Assembly (NCBI GenBank): GCA_034780895.1
Contig: JAUZTB010000087.1
Location: 36,563,539 to 36,627,538 of the forward strand
DNA length: 64,000 bases
Source of the DNA: Rhynchobatus australiae
Lineage: Eukaryota
Direction of reading: 5' to 3'
Below the pieces are notes generated by a model that was not told the origin of the DNA, did no database searches, and was given only the letters and a program-made list of their open reading frames with translations. This document shows positions 11,700 to 25,037 of the stretch, piece after piece. The position numbers and the translations under genes are program-made. Position 1 is the first letter of the stretch. Each line of letters starts with the position of its first letter.

Positions 11700-14420
11700 T
11701 TCTGTTTGTCAGGAGGTTCACTGTGGTGTGTCTCTGCCACACTTTCTGCAAATGAAGACAGTAGACTAAGAAGGTGAAATGTTTGATGCTTCTGTTTCCA
11801 GTGGAGATTCTACTTATCCAGCTGAACATGTTGTTTCTTCTCCCCTCTTTGATGCCCTCCAGAATGGTCAGCCTCTATTTTTTGACCATATATGACCAGC
11901 TTCCAACTGTCTGAGTCGACACCCACCAAATTCATGGGCCGAATCATTTGAATGAAAATTTGTTTGTGACCCTCTGATATCTTCCTGCCATAAAGCCTGC
12001 TTTTCACTGTCCAAAAGATCTGGTGAGCTCCTGACTGAATTCAGTATGCCAACCTTACTGTATACTTTGCAGCATTTGCCAAGTGTTGCCATGCACAAGA
12101 GGTCAAGTGACTTGTCTTCCCCTGTGCTGATGATGTCACTTCCTCAAGGTCACAAGAAATTGACATGGAAATCCTTGGTAATGTTTCTCCATTATGCCCT
12201 TTTTTTGGGATGGGAAGTGACCTCATACTTGCCCTCAAACCAAGAAAGGACACAGCTGAAAAGTGTCACCCAGGATTTCCTGTCAATCATCTCTAAAGAA
12301 AGAAAGGTTTGGAAATGTTCCAAAATATATTAAATATATATAAAGCAAATGAGGACCAGCTTGTCTTCATTTAATTGCACAAAATACCTCTACCATGTTG
12401 GGTATTTTGGGTAAACAACTGTGTAGGAAAAATTCACCAAATTCTGCCCCCTCCCCACTAACTCTCCATTTCAGGAATCCCAGACATAGCTATAGACCCT
12501 GGGAGAGGTCACAGTTTCCCTCAGCAAGAAGCCTCAGGCTCTGTCAATGAGCAGGAATTCAACAGGTGGCCATTCTGTTGATATCACCACTTCCTGACAG
12601 AAAGTGAACTATTGGTAGGTACTCCCATAACTGCTAGTCTCTGGATCAGATCATCCAGTCCTATATCATTCATTGGTTAATTGGTTCATTGATAATTCAT
12701 TAGTTTAGTATTGAATATTTGCTGATGGAGTTCACATATTCATGGGATGGCTTGTATAAAGCAGTGAAAGTGAAAGTGAAACTGTTAAGCTTTTGCTCAT
12801 GCCTTGTGTGTGTTGCCCAGGCCTCACTATTCAGAATATTCTAAGGACACTGGCTTGCTAGAAAGACAGGTCATTGTTCTCTGTCAGATATTGGTCCACA
12901 CTTTATTTTCTTAGCTTGAAAGGACAGCTGCAGCTTTTTTAATACACTTATTGACTTCAGAATCAAAGGACAACTTGCTGGTGATTGTGGAGCCCGGATC
13001 GGTGAAGCTGTTAACAATCTCGAGTAACACATTTTCTAGTTGCAGGTCTAGTTATTTGCTAGTTGAGGGTAGTACGACAATATTCTGGCCCATGGCAGTC
13101 ATCTTCCTGATACTGAGATCAATCCAAACTCTTTCCAGGCATCCAAAGAATCTACCTATTAGTTGCTGGAGGCATTCCTCAGCATACAATACTGGTATGG
13201 TTTCATTGGCATAGAGCAACTCCATGATGAGCACCGACCACAGTTTTGCTTTGGTTCTCAGGCAGGCAAGGCTGAACAGTGTATAAAAAGTAGCCTCGGT
13301 GAATTAGCTGCAGGTGTATGGACACAACAGAGGGAGAAATATGCCAAAAGCAGGTCGTCACCAGAATGTAGTCCCATTTGACCATACTGGGGATGTCAAG
13401 GAGTTCTGATGTTGGCCCATCACTGCTGATCTTACTGCTTGTGTTATCATGCAAANNNNNNNNNNNNNNNTCAGTGGACAACCAACTGATGTTAGCTGTT
13501 TAAGTAAACCACTCTGCTCACACATTAGAATGCCTTGGTGAGGTTGATAAAGGCAAATATATATTCTTTATCCATAACATTCTTTTGCATCTGCAAAACT
13601 GAGAACACCAGACAGATTAAGGTACACCTGGTTCTAAAATTGCTCTTGGATTTGGGGTAAATGCACTCAGCTAAGATCAGATGGAGGGGAATCATTATCT
13701 GGGCTTTGCCTATGGCAGGTGAGTTGATTGCTTTATTAAACTCCACTGTGGTTCAGTATCTAGCTCTCCTGTGACAGGCAGGCTCTCTCTGTGTTTAGAC
13801 CCTTCTCAGTGATAATATTTTCCCTGGAGAACAACTCAAGGTTGCACTCCACCCTCTCCATCTATTTATCACAATCAGTGATGACCTCCCCTGCCTTTAT
13901 TTTCCATGGAGCTGCTCTCTCTGCTGTCACCTGTTGCCTTTTTGATCCCATCATACATGCACCTAGCATACCCTGTGTCAGAGGGCAACTGGATCCTCAC
14001 TGGCACAGTCCCCAGCAGTCTGCTGGACTTTAATCTGACCAGTTCTTATTGCACTCAGAGTCTTCTCATTTGAGTTTGTCTTGTCGCTCTTGAGGGCAGA
14101 TCACTTTGCTTCAATGACAGGATTATTCGCAGGAATGTTGGCCTTGAACCAGTCAGAATACTTTTTATTTGTTTCCCACCTACTGAGACTGCAGTGTTGT
14201 AAACAGTATCTCCAACTATATTCCAACTCACTTCTACACTCTCTTACAGGAATGCCAGGGAGAGCTTGTTCAATGGAATCCAGGAACTGTTGATTCTTAT
14301 CTAGCAGGCTGCGTGGCCACTGTTGATGCAGAGAAGGCCAGTCAAGGCATGTCTGGGGATACTGTGTAGATACATCTGAAATCCAAAAATGTTCATGTTG
14401 CCATCTTGACAATTGAAGCA
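11700..14420 (-). mobile_element. RTE-clade LINE fragments (mosaic, with unrelated sequence at about 12050-12770)
   Basis: LIMELLYANE...LQQLIGRF (ELLYADD motif), YIFAFINLTKAF (AFIDLTKAFD) and KKYSDWF linker motif on the minus strand. Confidence 0.7.
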
Positions 14421-14489
14421 TTTTAATTCCATTGAATACAAGTTATATTTTTATATTCCTTATGATATTTTCCATACTTCCTTATGACA

Positions 14490-14825
14490 TGGAGGGAGGC
14501 CATGTGGCCCATCAAGTCTTTGCCAGCTCACAGAGCATTCCCATTCCCCCACCAATTTTGTCTGCAATTTATTCTCCCTACATTCCCATCAACTGGCCCC
14601 AGGCTTAACCACTTTCCTTCACACTGGGGGCAATTTACAGTGGCTAATTAACATACCAACCAGTATAGCTTTGGGATGTAAGAGGAACTACAGCACCTGG
14701 AAGAAAACCACATGGTCATGGAAAACCCATAAGCTTCACACAGGCAGAATAGGCGGTCAGGATCAAAGCCTGATAACTGGAGCTTCAATGCAGCAACTCT
14801 ACTAACAGTGCCATTGTGCCACCCC
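14490..14825 (-). mobile_element. Older V-SINE copy
   Basis: Minus-strand head GGGTGGCACAATGGCACTGTTAGTAGAG, decayed V-domain and GGGCCACATGGCCTCC tail. Confidence 0.65.
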
Positions 14826-15002
14826 GATCAATTTTGTTAATTACTCATGCATTTTAAGTAGTTATTGTAACTCAGTTATGCATAAGGTGGATGAGTTTTG
14901 CATCTTTTAAATTTGTCAAAGACATTTAAGAAATAGTTGCTCCTGGCAAATATATTTTACATAATATACAGTATATTTAGTTGAGAGAGAATATTTTTTT
15001 AA

Positions 15003-15120
15003 AAAACTGCAGCTGTTGAAAGTCTGAAATAAAAAGTAAAGAAGGTGGAAACATTCAGCAGGCCAGGTAATATCTTGTAGAAAGAGAAATGGACTTTATG
15101 TTTCAGGTCAAAGACCCTAT
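15003..15120 (-). mobile_element. Penelope-type terminal repeat remnant
   Basis: Reverse-complement similarity to the family (GGGTCTTTGACCTGAAACAT..., CTGGCCTGCTGAATGTTTCC). Similar remnants lie at about 8200-8315, 30875-30940, 32600-32690, 39240-39420, 49861-49940, 51850-51990 and 61655-61735. Confidence 0.6.
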
Positions 15121-16284
15121 GTTTCCAACCTTTCCTGTTTTTATTTAAGTTGGGAGAGAACAAACTAACATGTAGAACACTAGATTCTCCTATTTTTCTT
15201 TAAACCAGGTTGTGGCTGCCTCATTAACTTGTAATGAGGAAGGTTAATGTGAGCCTAGTCACGAGTTGATTACCTGGGCAGGTTGGAGACATGAAAGCTG
15301 TGCTGATCTTAACTGACTCCTGCCTGACACCAGACCAGATTCATTGCTGGGTCAATATTGTCAATTGGGCTGCAGAATGTTGCAGCTGATTCCTACCCAT
15401 CAGTGGGGAGAGGGGTGTCTTCATATCACAGCACTATTGGTATTACAGGAGTGGGTTGGAATTCTGGTGGTTCATGATCAATCTACCAAAGAGAGTTTTT
15501 AAACAGACAGAGAGTGTGGTGAAAGTCTCCGGCNNNNNNNNNNCACATCTTGTGAGGCTTGCAAAGAGTACTACTGCTCCTCCTGGCCCACAAAGAATTG
15601 AAAAAGAAGGAAGTATTTAAAATTTAACTTGGCCTCTGCTAATCAGTTGGCTCTTCCTGCCAGGCTTCTGCTGTTGGCAAGAGACTCCTTTTCCTTATTA
15701 TTAATACATCATGGTGGTGCTGATGATGTCATCAGGCTCTGAATTTTGCTTCTTATGTGGACCTACATGGCTGGGCAATTATAAGAATATAAAGAATAAT
15801 ATTTTGCACAAAGATTTCCCCATCTAACAAAAGGGGATGGGGAAATGTAATCTTTCTTTGCTGCAAGTGACTAAACACAACTAAACACAAGAAGCAATAA
15901 GCTCCTCTGCACATATTATTGATTATTCTCTCCTGATAATTATTATAATTATGGATTATCCTAATAAATCAATACTCATTAAATGCTATATTAGTATTTA
16001 AAGTTCAGTTTTTCTGCTATTTAGAAATACAAACATTCCAAACAGTGAAATTGACTCCACGTACTTAATATTCTAATCTGAGGATCNNNNNNNNNNNNNN
16101 NNNNNNNNNNNNNNNNNNNNNNNNNTCAACTTTTAAAAAAAATAGGATTAAATTCTCCATCTTTCATAAATTTTTAACATGTAGGAATTAAATCACTTAT
16201 CTCTGTTTACTTCAACATTTGATATTGGAAATGTATTTAATACAGAATGAAACAAGATTTCTAGGTTGTTTTATAAAGTCACAA

Positions 16285-16450
16285 AGTTAGACAAGCCCTT
16301 CAGCCCACCTAGTATGCGCCTACTATTAAGTATCCATTCACACTAATTCTACACTAGCCCCACATTCTCATCATGATAGCACTGGAGGTCAGGATCAAAA
16401 CCAGGGCGCTGTGAGGCGGCAGCTCTGTTAGCGGTGACCTTGTGCCACCT
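16285..16450 (-). mobile_element. Internally deleted SINE remnant of the same family
   Basis: Head GGTGGCACAAGG...GAGCTGCCGCCTCACAGCGCC...TTTGATCCTGACC and tail GGGCTGAAGGGCTTGT. Confidence 0.5.
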
Positions 16451-19434
16451 CCGGCATCGCACCAGAAATGAAGACAAACACTTCCTGGTGTGTATTGTGA
16501 TCGCACACCTGATGTGACTTCTGCACAGACACATATTAAATTTTGTTAGTTGCCCTGCAACACACCTCTTAGAGCACAAGTTGTCCTGGGTGCAGCCATT
16601 GTTGGACTTTCCAGGGCGAATCAGGTCTTCGCAGCCCAGTATCTGACTGGGGCCTGAGTCAGGTTACTCCTTTCTTTACTCATCATCCTCTAGGGGCTCC
16701 ATCCCAACAAATTACCAACCCCCCACCCACAACCATTGTCCTTAGTTGACCTCTAATCACCCATACCATCCCTACCCACCAATCTCTGCTTCAACAGTCC
16801 CCAATACACAGATCTCCCCCTTATTTCTCCAATCGACCTAGGGACCATTCTCCCTTCCACCAAATGTTCCCTGCCCTTCCAATCTCCTTCCCAACCTCTG
16901 ATTCACCTAAGCAACCTGGCGATCCCATAAGGTCCCCAAAGAATCTCCATCCACAACCATCCTCACCGCCTCGCGTCGCACCCATGACATCCCCACTTCA
17001 GGCCAATTATCTGATTGTTGAACTAACCCCAAGTGCCAAGGCCTGAAGAGGCCTAGGATACTCTGCCCTCCCCACCACCAGCAGTAATATCAGCTAGTAC
17101 TGTTTCACCCTGAAAAGGCGCCAATACATCAGACCCAAATGATCACTGGCTGAGCATATCAGACATTTAAATGAGCATTAACTTGACACCTACCTACATT
17201 CTAATTAATGAGCAACACAGTTCCTGTGGGCATTTTCAGGGGTTGTCTAGAGTCACCATTGTAAAGGAAGAATGTGGCAATTGGGATGGCAGGCTAGAAA
17301 TTGTAGAGACTGAAATTCCACAGTTAAGTGACACTATTTGGGTGGCTGGCACCTGTTTTACCTAGACACCCTCAGAAGCATAATAATATTGGGCCTGACG
17401 CCTGATATTACATATGATTATGTATGACAAAACAACCCTTGCTTCTATTTATGCCAAAGCTCTTGTCTCTACAAATTATGCTAAACATGAGGTAGTAGAG
17501 GAAAGGAAGTCCTGAGCTGATGTGGGCACAATGTGAGGAGGATATGGGCAAGGTAATGGGAAGATCAGATGGTTTCAGGGTCAGTTAGAAGAAGTATTCA
17601 TTTGGGTGAAAGGGAGCTAGGGTTGGAGATTTGAACATAGTGGCAGGCTAGATTAGTGGTCATGGATTGTAAATTGATGAGCAATTCGACAGGTGGAAGG
17701 TCAGGGTTTGTGACTAGGGCCTCAGATGGAAGTGGAGAGGGTGAAGCACTCAAGCCATCAGGGTTGGTTGTGTGCACAGACAAGTAATGGGGAAGTAGTA
17801 GAGTTGGGTGAACCAGGACCAGGCAGGGTGAGTTCAAGGATAGGTACGGTTGGAGGGTGGGGGTTGGAGGAATTGATAATTCCCTGCAGTGAACAAGGAT
17901 GAAGCCGGCCTTAATTTTCCTTTTCATGTAGGCAAAAGAATTTTGCATTGCACAACATGTTGGTCTGATTGATATGCTGAATAGGGATAAAACCACATTT
18001 GCTTGTATTTTTCCTGACTTTTAGCACAAATAGTGGAGAAGTGTGAGAGTGAGTTAGCAGGATTACCTGTACTATTAAAACAATTTAAAGGCAAGTTATA
18101 AAAAGACGATAGGCAGGGCCTCATGGTCTGCTCTCTGTACCTGATCACCACCCAGGGTCCACATTTCTTGCAAGATAGGTGCAGCGTTAAGGCCTTGAGC
18201 TCAGTTAGGCCCACGAGTATGCAAAATATGCTGTCATGAGAACAGTGTGGGCCATGGGCACAAGCAGCAGGCTGTTCAAGAATTAGTTATTACTATATTA
18301 TTGTGATTTGATCCATTGCACTGTGTCTCCTTCCTCCCGTTTTACTCTCACTTTTATTCAATTCTTCCTGATAGATGAAAGTCCTTCACGTTTCTTTGCT
18401 TCTTTCAACTATAATCTTCTCCACTTTTCAACACTGTGTGACATGCAACACAGAATTTGTTGGGAGGCAACTCCCCGAGCTATCCTGGCACATGAACCTT
18501 CATTTTAGTAGTATAATACTGTGCTCATTAATATAATATTCATGGCTGTAAACGTACCCAAACGTTCAAGGAAAGGCAGACTGTGGAATGCCCCAGCCAT
18601 TTACTGAAGAAACTCTTGTCTTTTATGCTTTTAGAAGGATGGAAGACTGAAGGATGTCCATCCACCCTTGAACTTCTCCACTATTTGTATTAAAAGTCAG
18701 GAAAAATACTAGTGTATGTTGCTTGAGGAAGCCTTCAATGACAACCCCCTAAGAAACTACAAGCTTGCACGATTCTTCTGCTGTGATTTCCCACCAAATG
18801 GATATTGAGTGATTGCTCCTTATGTTGCTGGCTTATCTTCCAGTATCTTTGATGGCAATATACATTTATAACTGTTTGGCACGGGGGAGCCCGACCACTG
18901 CTGGATCTGAAGGCTTCTCATTCTGTGTGTGTTAACCTCCATGGGAAAGGTTGTATTTTGGTTGGGCTCAGTGTTTTATAACTATAAGTGATTGTTGTAT
19001 CTAATTTACAGTGTGTAATAACATAATAATAATTTATATTTATAGTTATTTTGTAATTATAAATATAAGTTATTGTTATAAGTTATCTTTACAGAGCAAA
19101 TTATCCTAAGATGTTTCACAGAAAAATAATTAAACAAAGCTTGACACTGAGCTATATCAGGAATTATTAAAACAGATGATAAAATGTTTGGACAAAGTGC
19201 CAGTTTTTAAAGTGAACCTTAAAGAACAGAATGAGGTGAAGATGGATTTAGATGGAGGAAAGGAGTTACAAAACTTGAGGGTTAATCAAATGAAGCCATG
19301 ATCACAACTGGGGTAATGGAAATCAGTGGTGTACACAATACAAGAAATGGAGCAGCACAGTATTCTCAAGAGCACATGAGGCTGGAGAAGGCTATTGGGA
19401 TAGAAAGTCAAAAGCAATATAGGGATTTTAACAC

Positions 19435-19470
19435 AAGTTACTATTAAATAGTAAGTTACTATTAAATAGT
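19435..19470. repeat. Perfect 18-bp tandem duplication
   Basis: AAGTTACTATTAAATAGT occurs twice in direct succession. Confidence 0.9.
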
Positions 19471-19850
19471 AGGTGCTAGCGTAGGTTTGTCAGCAATGTG
19501 TACAGCGGGACTTGGCATGAGTCAGGATTCAGGTAGCAGAGTGGGAGTTTTGGCAGATGGAAACTAATCAGGAGAGCAATGAAATAGTCAAGACTCAAGC
19601 TATAACAATTATAAACAAGGTTTTCAGCAGCAGATGGGTTGAGGCAGGACCCCTTATAATGAATGCACATGCCTGGTTTTATTATAAATTTCTCCCTATG
19701 TATATTACCTCTCATTCTTAAGTGCATTTAATTCAGTTTTTTCCATCTCCAGGTTAACAATTAATTAAAAAGGATCTACAATATGAAATAAAAGCAGAAA
19801 TACTACAAACATACAGTAGTTCTGCAATATTTGTGGAAGAGAAGCATAGG

Positions 19851-19886
19851 GTTAATGTTTCAGGTCAATGACATTTCATCAGAACA
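19851..19886 (-). ncRNA. Minimal hammerhead ribozyme-like motif in a Penelope-type repeat (about 19780-19886)
   Basis: Minus strand reads GTT-CTGATGA-AATGTCATTGACCT-GAAA-CATT-AAC. Both core boxes are intact. Confidence 0.55.
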
Positions 19887-20745
19887 AATCATGAACTGAT
19901 TGTAAAATAACCCTCATAAATGTGTGCTATAGGACAATTTAAAAATGATTGTAACAGGGATAAACACTATGGGACAAACTGGTTTTAATCCTTAATTGGT
20001 CAGAATATTTGTTGTTCTTGCAGATGTGCAGATAAAATTCTGAAAGCAGCCTTGGTGATATTTGATATTTGTTAATAAAACAAATACCCAAGGTGAAGAT
20101 TTCTATTCTTCCAATTTTACTTAATAGTGAAGGTCAGAAATGCTTTCCTTCAGATTTGCTCCCCGTGAAGATTTTGCGCAGTGACACACAGATGTACATT
20201 CAGAATGATGGATGATACATGCAGAGTGCAGTTTCAAATACTCACTCTTCTTACTTCCTGAAAAGATACAAGGATGTACCTTCAACAATTTTGCTGAAAA
20301 ACATTGTAGAAACATTTTATTTTAAATGTTTTCATTCTATTGAAGGATTGCAGTTAAATAAACAAAAAGGTTTGTTGCTGTTTGAGACTTAATTGGCCAT
20401 TTTCAACAGTTTTTCTCATGCAGTCTATTTCTGTAGGCACCTCAGTTGATACCTAGTGCAATGTTAATATGAATCATGCAGCAGCAGTGTCCATTCCTTG
20501 GGGTGTATGACTCATCTTCANNNNNNNNNNNNNNNNNNNNNNNNNNNNNNNNNNNNNNNNNNNNNNNNNNNNNNNNNNNNNNNNNNNNNNNNNNNNNNNA
20601 CATTAAAACTGAACTAGATTTGTTCCTACACTAAGAAATTCATTGACAGCAAAGCAACTGTTGAAAGTTGTAGGAAACCACTAACAGTTCAAGAGACGCT
20701 ACGCATTGAGCCTGATCAAAGCTACAACCAGGGAGTTGTTATGAC

Positions 20746-20775
20746 AGAGAGAGAGAGAGAGAGAGCGCGCGAGAG
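20746..20775. repeat. (GA)n microsatellite with GC interruption
   Basis: AGAGAGAGAGAGAGAGAGAGCGCGCGAGAG read directly. Confidence 0.9.
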
Positions 20776-21339
20776 CACACTTCAGAAAAGAGCTCCATGT
20801 GTAAAGAGGAAAACCTAGGAAGCAAAGTTCAAATTCTATCCTGTATTGAAAGCCTTTGCAAACATTAGAAAATCCCACTGTACCTGCAGGATGGAGTTCT
20901 CCTTCTTTGCTTCCATAAATTTGTTGTAAATCTTATTTATATGGAGCGGAAGAAGTACTGAGCAAATTCACCCTGAGAAGTTTTCAAGCTCTATGAACAT
21001 TCTCAATTTTTGCCAAGAATTTTCCCCTTTGGATGTGGCAAATCTGGTGGATGATTAATGAAAAGCTTATTTGCCTTTCTGCCTAAGTTATGCTAATTAT
21101 TGGAATAACTATACAAGGAATATAGTTATTCCCAGCCAAAGAAATGCCCAATAAGACAACTTAATTAAGCCATGCTGAAATTACAATAACAAATTGAACT
21201 TTGTGACTTGGAATTTGCAGTCAGNNNNNNNNNNNNAGTGCTCACCACTGACACGGAGAATGCAACCCATGAAGATTTGGTGAGGTCAGTGACATTGAAT
21301 TTCCATTGTTCAATGTGACTTCTTGTGGCAGATATAATG

Positions 21340-22725
21340 TACTGTAACACTCCACTCCGGCTGAACAATGTGTATACTTCGTCCGTTCCTGGCGGCATTC
21401 CAACTCGTTCTGGCCGGTGACTTCAATCGATGCGGCTGGACGATCAGGCAGTGCTGACAGGAGACTGCACAGTAGCTCCCGACTCCTGATGGAAACAGTA
21501 AAAGATGCAGTGTTGTGTGGTGCCTTCAGAACCCCTGCAATAACTCAATAACAGCGAAGAACTTGGTTATCAGGTGTAATATGCCCTTGGGGCTGCTGTG
21601 CTTGGTGCAGGTGTGACCCGTCCCCCACTTCTCCACCTCAGTAATCATTTGGGCCATATTCCGGTTCATCTGGACATCCAAGATGGAATGAGTCTGATGG
21701 GTCATGATGCACAAGTCTCCAGACAATGGGGGCAAAAATGTACCCAACATTGCCCTCATCCTGATGACCATTTACATGTGTGGCTGAATCAGGCTGTGCA
21801 TTGAGCCAAAATAAGTGGGCACCAAGTGCCACTATGTGATGAAGTTCCACCTGTCCCTGGTGTTGCAGAGGATAGGTCTGGCCCCATTACTCTGCAATAT
21901 CCCAGTCAGCTGGAGGTTGCAGATACTGCAGGACAGGGACCCTATGGATACTGTGGGGTGATTTCCTGAGCAAACTGTCCAAAGCATATGGCAGAATGCC
22001 TTATCGCCAGAATTCACCAACAAGCACCAAGACCTCACTTAGCTGGTGGTGAGAGGGGCCCTCACAGTCAGATCTTTGCTGCACAGATGAAATATCATCC
22101 CCAACACATGCTACCCTCAGGACAGCTGTGGTGGGGAAGAGATGGTCACCCACCTCTGTGGATTTGCAAAGAGGGTGTAGAGAAGGATGCAAGAGCCCTT
22201 GTCTCAGTTCATCTCAAGTCATGCCAAGCAGCAGTTCATCCCAAACAGAGGATTCTCTGGCCTATGGGCTGTTCCCAGAGGCACACACTAAGACAGACAT
22301 CAAGTGCTGCTGGAAGATCACGAACTCGGTGAAAGACGCTTTTTGGTCTGCCCAAAGCTTGTTAGTCTTCCAGTACTGCGAGATGTCTGTAAGGAAATGC
22401 TGCCAGCTGGCACAGTACATGCTGAGGGATGCATTGAAGCCTGGTGCAGCCAACACAAAGGCTTTCTGTGGGAGGACCACAGTCTAGGATCCTTCCTCTA
22501 CCACACGTGGAGCGGCTGAGTTGAGGTGGGGTGGGAGGACAAAACTTCTCAAACATCGAAATGGTGTATCACCCTAGGGTGTCACATGAGTGGCAACGAT
22601 GCTATGGTTTAAAAAGTAGTTAAAACTACTGAATGTATTGACCATGAATAAAAGGTTTTATACTGTGTCTATTCTTTTGTATAGATATTTTGTTATGAAT
22701 AAATTTTGTTTTTGAAATAAAATAA
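21340..22725 (+). mobile_element. L1-clade (Tx1-like) LINE 3' portion
   Basis: Decayed RT thumb and zinc-binding region (..HQDL..LVVRGAL.V; NSVKDAFWSA..LLVFQ), ending in AATAAA and an A-rich tail. Confidence 0.7.
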
Positions 22726-24789
22726 GGCTTTCAGTCTGGTGCCACCTATAGTGCATATTTGGGTTTGGAATGAAGTCACCAAGCAATCAGTCAGATAAAA
22801 GAATGCTCACAGGTAGTAAACCAGAAAGCAAAAAAGGCAGTTTATCCATTCTACTAAAAAGATAAATCAAGATTTGCCATACATATAGGTTTAGGCAGAA
22901 ACTGAAATACCATAGACACTGCCTGGAGTCAAATATTTTAAAATAAAAGATTCTTAAAAATCTATCACAAAATGAAGGCAATGTTACTGTATACCAGGGT
23001 CATCTATGATCCCCAGGGGCCAAATTTGACTCATGACAACTGCAGGCCCACATTCAGAAATGTTACCGTAAGTTCCAAGGCATCCCGTACAGTAGAATAT
23101 TCTGTGCAATCTCACACCATTGCAAGCAATAGGTCAGAGTGTTGCAGGGCTGGGGAGCAGAACTGGTGAGACATCTGGGATCTCTGGACATGGGGTCATA
23201 GAGAGGAGTGAGATTCAGGAAAGAGTTGGAGAGAGGATTGGGAAGTAGGGGAGGAATCAGATAGAGAACTGAGACCCAAAAAGAATAATGAAAACTGAGA
23301 AGGTATGTGACAGGCCTGAGACAGATGATGATGGTGTTGGGGGCAGGGGAAGTAGGGGCAGAATGCAGGGCAGTGGATGAGCCAAAGTTAAAGAAGGTAA
23401 CTACCAGATGCATAACTCAGATCCCCTGGCAGATCTCCAGGTAGTTTTATAACTTTTAATTAACATCAAAGCAGGCCTTAATCCTCTGGCTAATAGCTGT
23501 TTCAGTGCTTTGGTTCTGTGCCTTTTGAGAACCTTAAATGTGCAATAGAATTAAAGTTAAATTAGTTTGTATACCATGTGTGTATTTAACCCTGTTCCCT
23601 GTTGCATCACATGCAGTGAAGTGCCAGCAGGTGTTTTGGCCCACGGTGTTCTGCTCTGACCCAAAAATGGTTTTCCAAGCATAAATGTTGAGAGAGCCCT
23701 ACTCTGTGCAAAAAGTTCAGGCCAAAGAGGTTGTTCAGCAGTAATCATAACTTAATACAATGTTAATATAACTCAGTTGTGTCTAATTCAACAAGGCTTA
23801 AAAATGCATAAGAAGTTGTTCATGTCTAATCACCAGCTCTATGTTCATTGCATGTGCAAATTCAGCAACAATGCACTCTATTGATTACCAGGAAATCAGC
23901 AACAGCAACTTTAAGCACTTAGTTTCTCACAAGCTAACACCAGACATTACCATTGGTTTCAGACTTTAGTGATTGCGAGGACTGATAGGATTACCAAAAA
24001 TCACGTCTGAAAATTTAGGGCCAAGGTCATACAAAGTGAAACCTTTAGTGTGATTGGTACTCGCTTTGAATGGATCCTCCAACTGAGTTACAGACAAATG
24101 TTCATCTGAGGCCTAAGATAACAGGCACTAACAGTTGGTTTTTGGAGTCTGTGCAAATAAACATATATTCACAATGATTTCTTTGAATGGGTTGCAGAGA
24201 GACAAATGGTTTCTATTGAAATTGGTTTTCCGACTCTGGTCAGATTCTTTGAGGTGACAGCATAGAACTGCCCTATTACCATTTTTCTTATCCAATTAGG
24301 AAACAAACTTGCTCAATGTTTTGTTTTAATTTATTTTTATTGCCTCTGTGATTTTTCTCCTGGGCTGCTTGCACTAGTATCCTGGAAAGAAGTCTTGAAT
24401 TCATGGTGAGGACAACCTGGATAGTTAGCAACCCAAGCTGACGCTTAATACCAACAACTGATGGAATCACTGTTCATTGTGGTGTGGTGTATGTTTATAA
24501 CTTGGTAATTGTGTCAATGACTATCCCACTTAGGAAGAGGTCCATAGTTTCTGTCTACTTTGTGAGGGCATGGTGGTAAACTATACACTTTTAATTCTTT
24601 CATTTTTAACAGTACTGCTATGCTCTTGTTAAGTAATGGACTAAGTTGTCAGAACTGATGATTTTAATAGGTCAATGAAAATGTCTTGAATAAAGCAAAT
24701 AAAAACTACTTAACTGAATAAGTAATTATGTTTGGAGACTCTTATTCATTTTGATGGCTTTCTAAATGTAAATTGACTGATGCACAAGA

Positions 24790-25035
24790 TTAGAGGTTGT
24801 CCAATGAGAAAAGATCAAATTGAATGGGTTTAGATTCTCTGGAGATTAGAAGAATGAAACATGTAAATTTCTGAAGGGGCATGACAGGTGGAAACTGATA
24901 AGTGTTGCCCTTGGCTAGAGAGTGAAGGATTAAGGATTAAGGTTTTAAAATAAGGAGGCAAGCATTTAGGACTATCAGGAGGAATATCTTCACTCAAAAG
25001 GATCGACTCTTCAGAATTCACTACATTAGGGGGCT
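24790..25035 (+). mobile_element. CR1 LINE 3' fragment
   Basis: Nucleotide similarity to 3950-4190 (TCTCTGGAG..AGAAGAATGA; TTCACTCAAAAGG). Confidence 0.55.
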
Positions 25036-25037
25036 AT

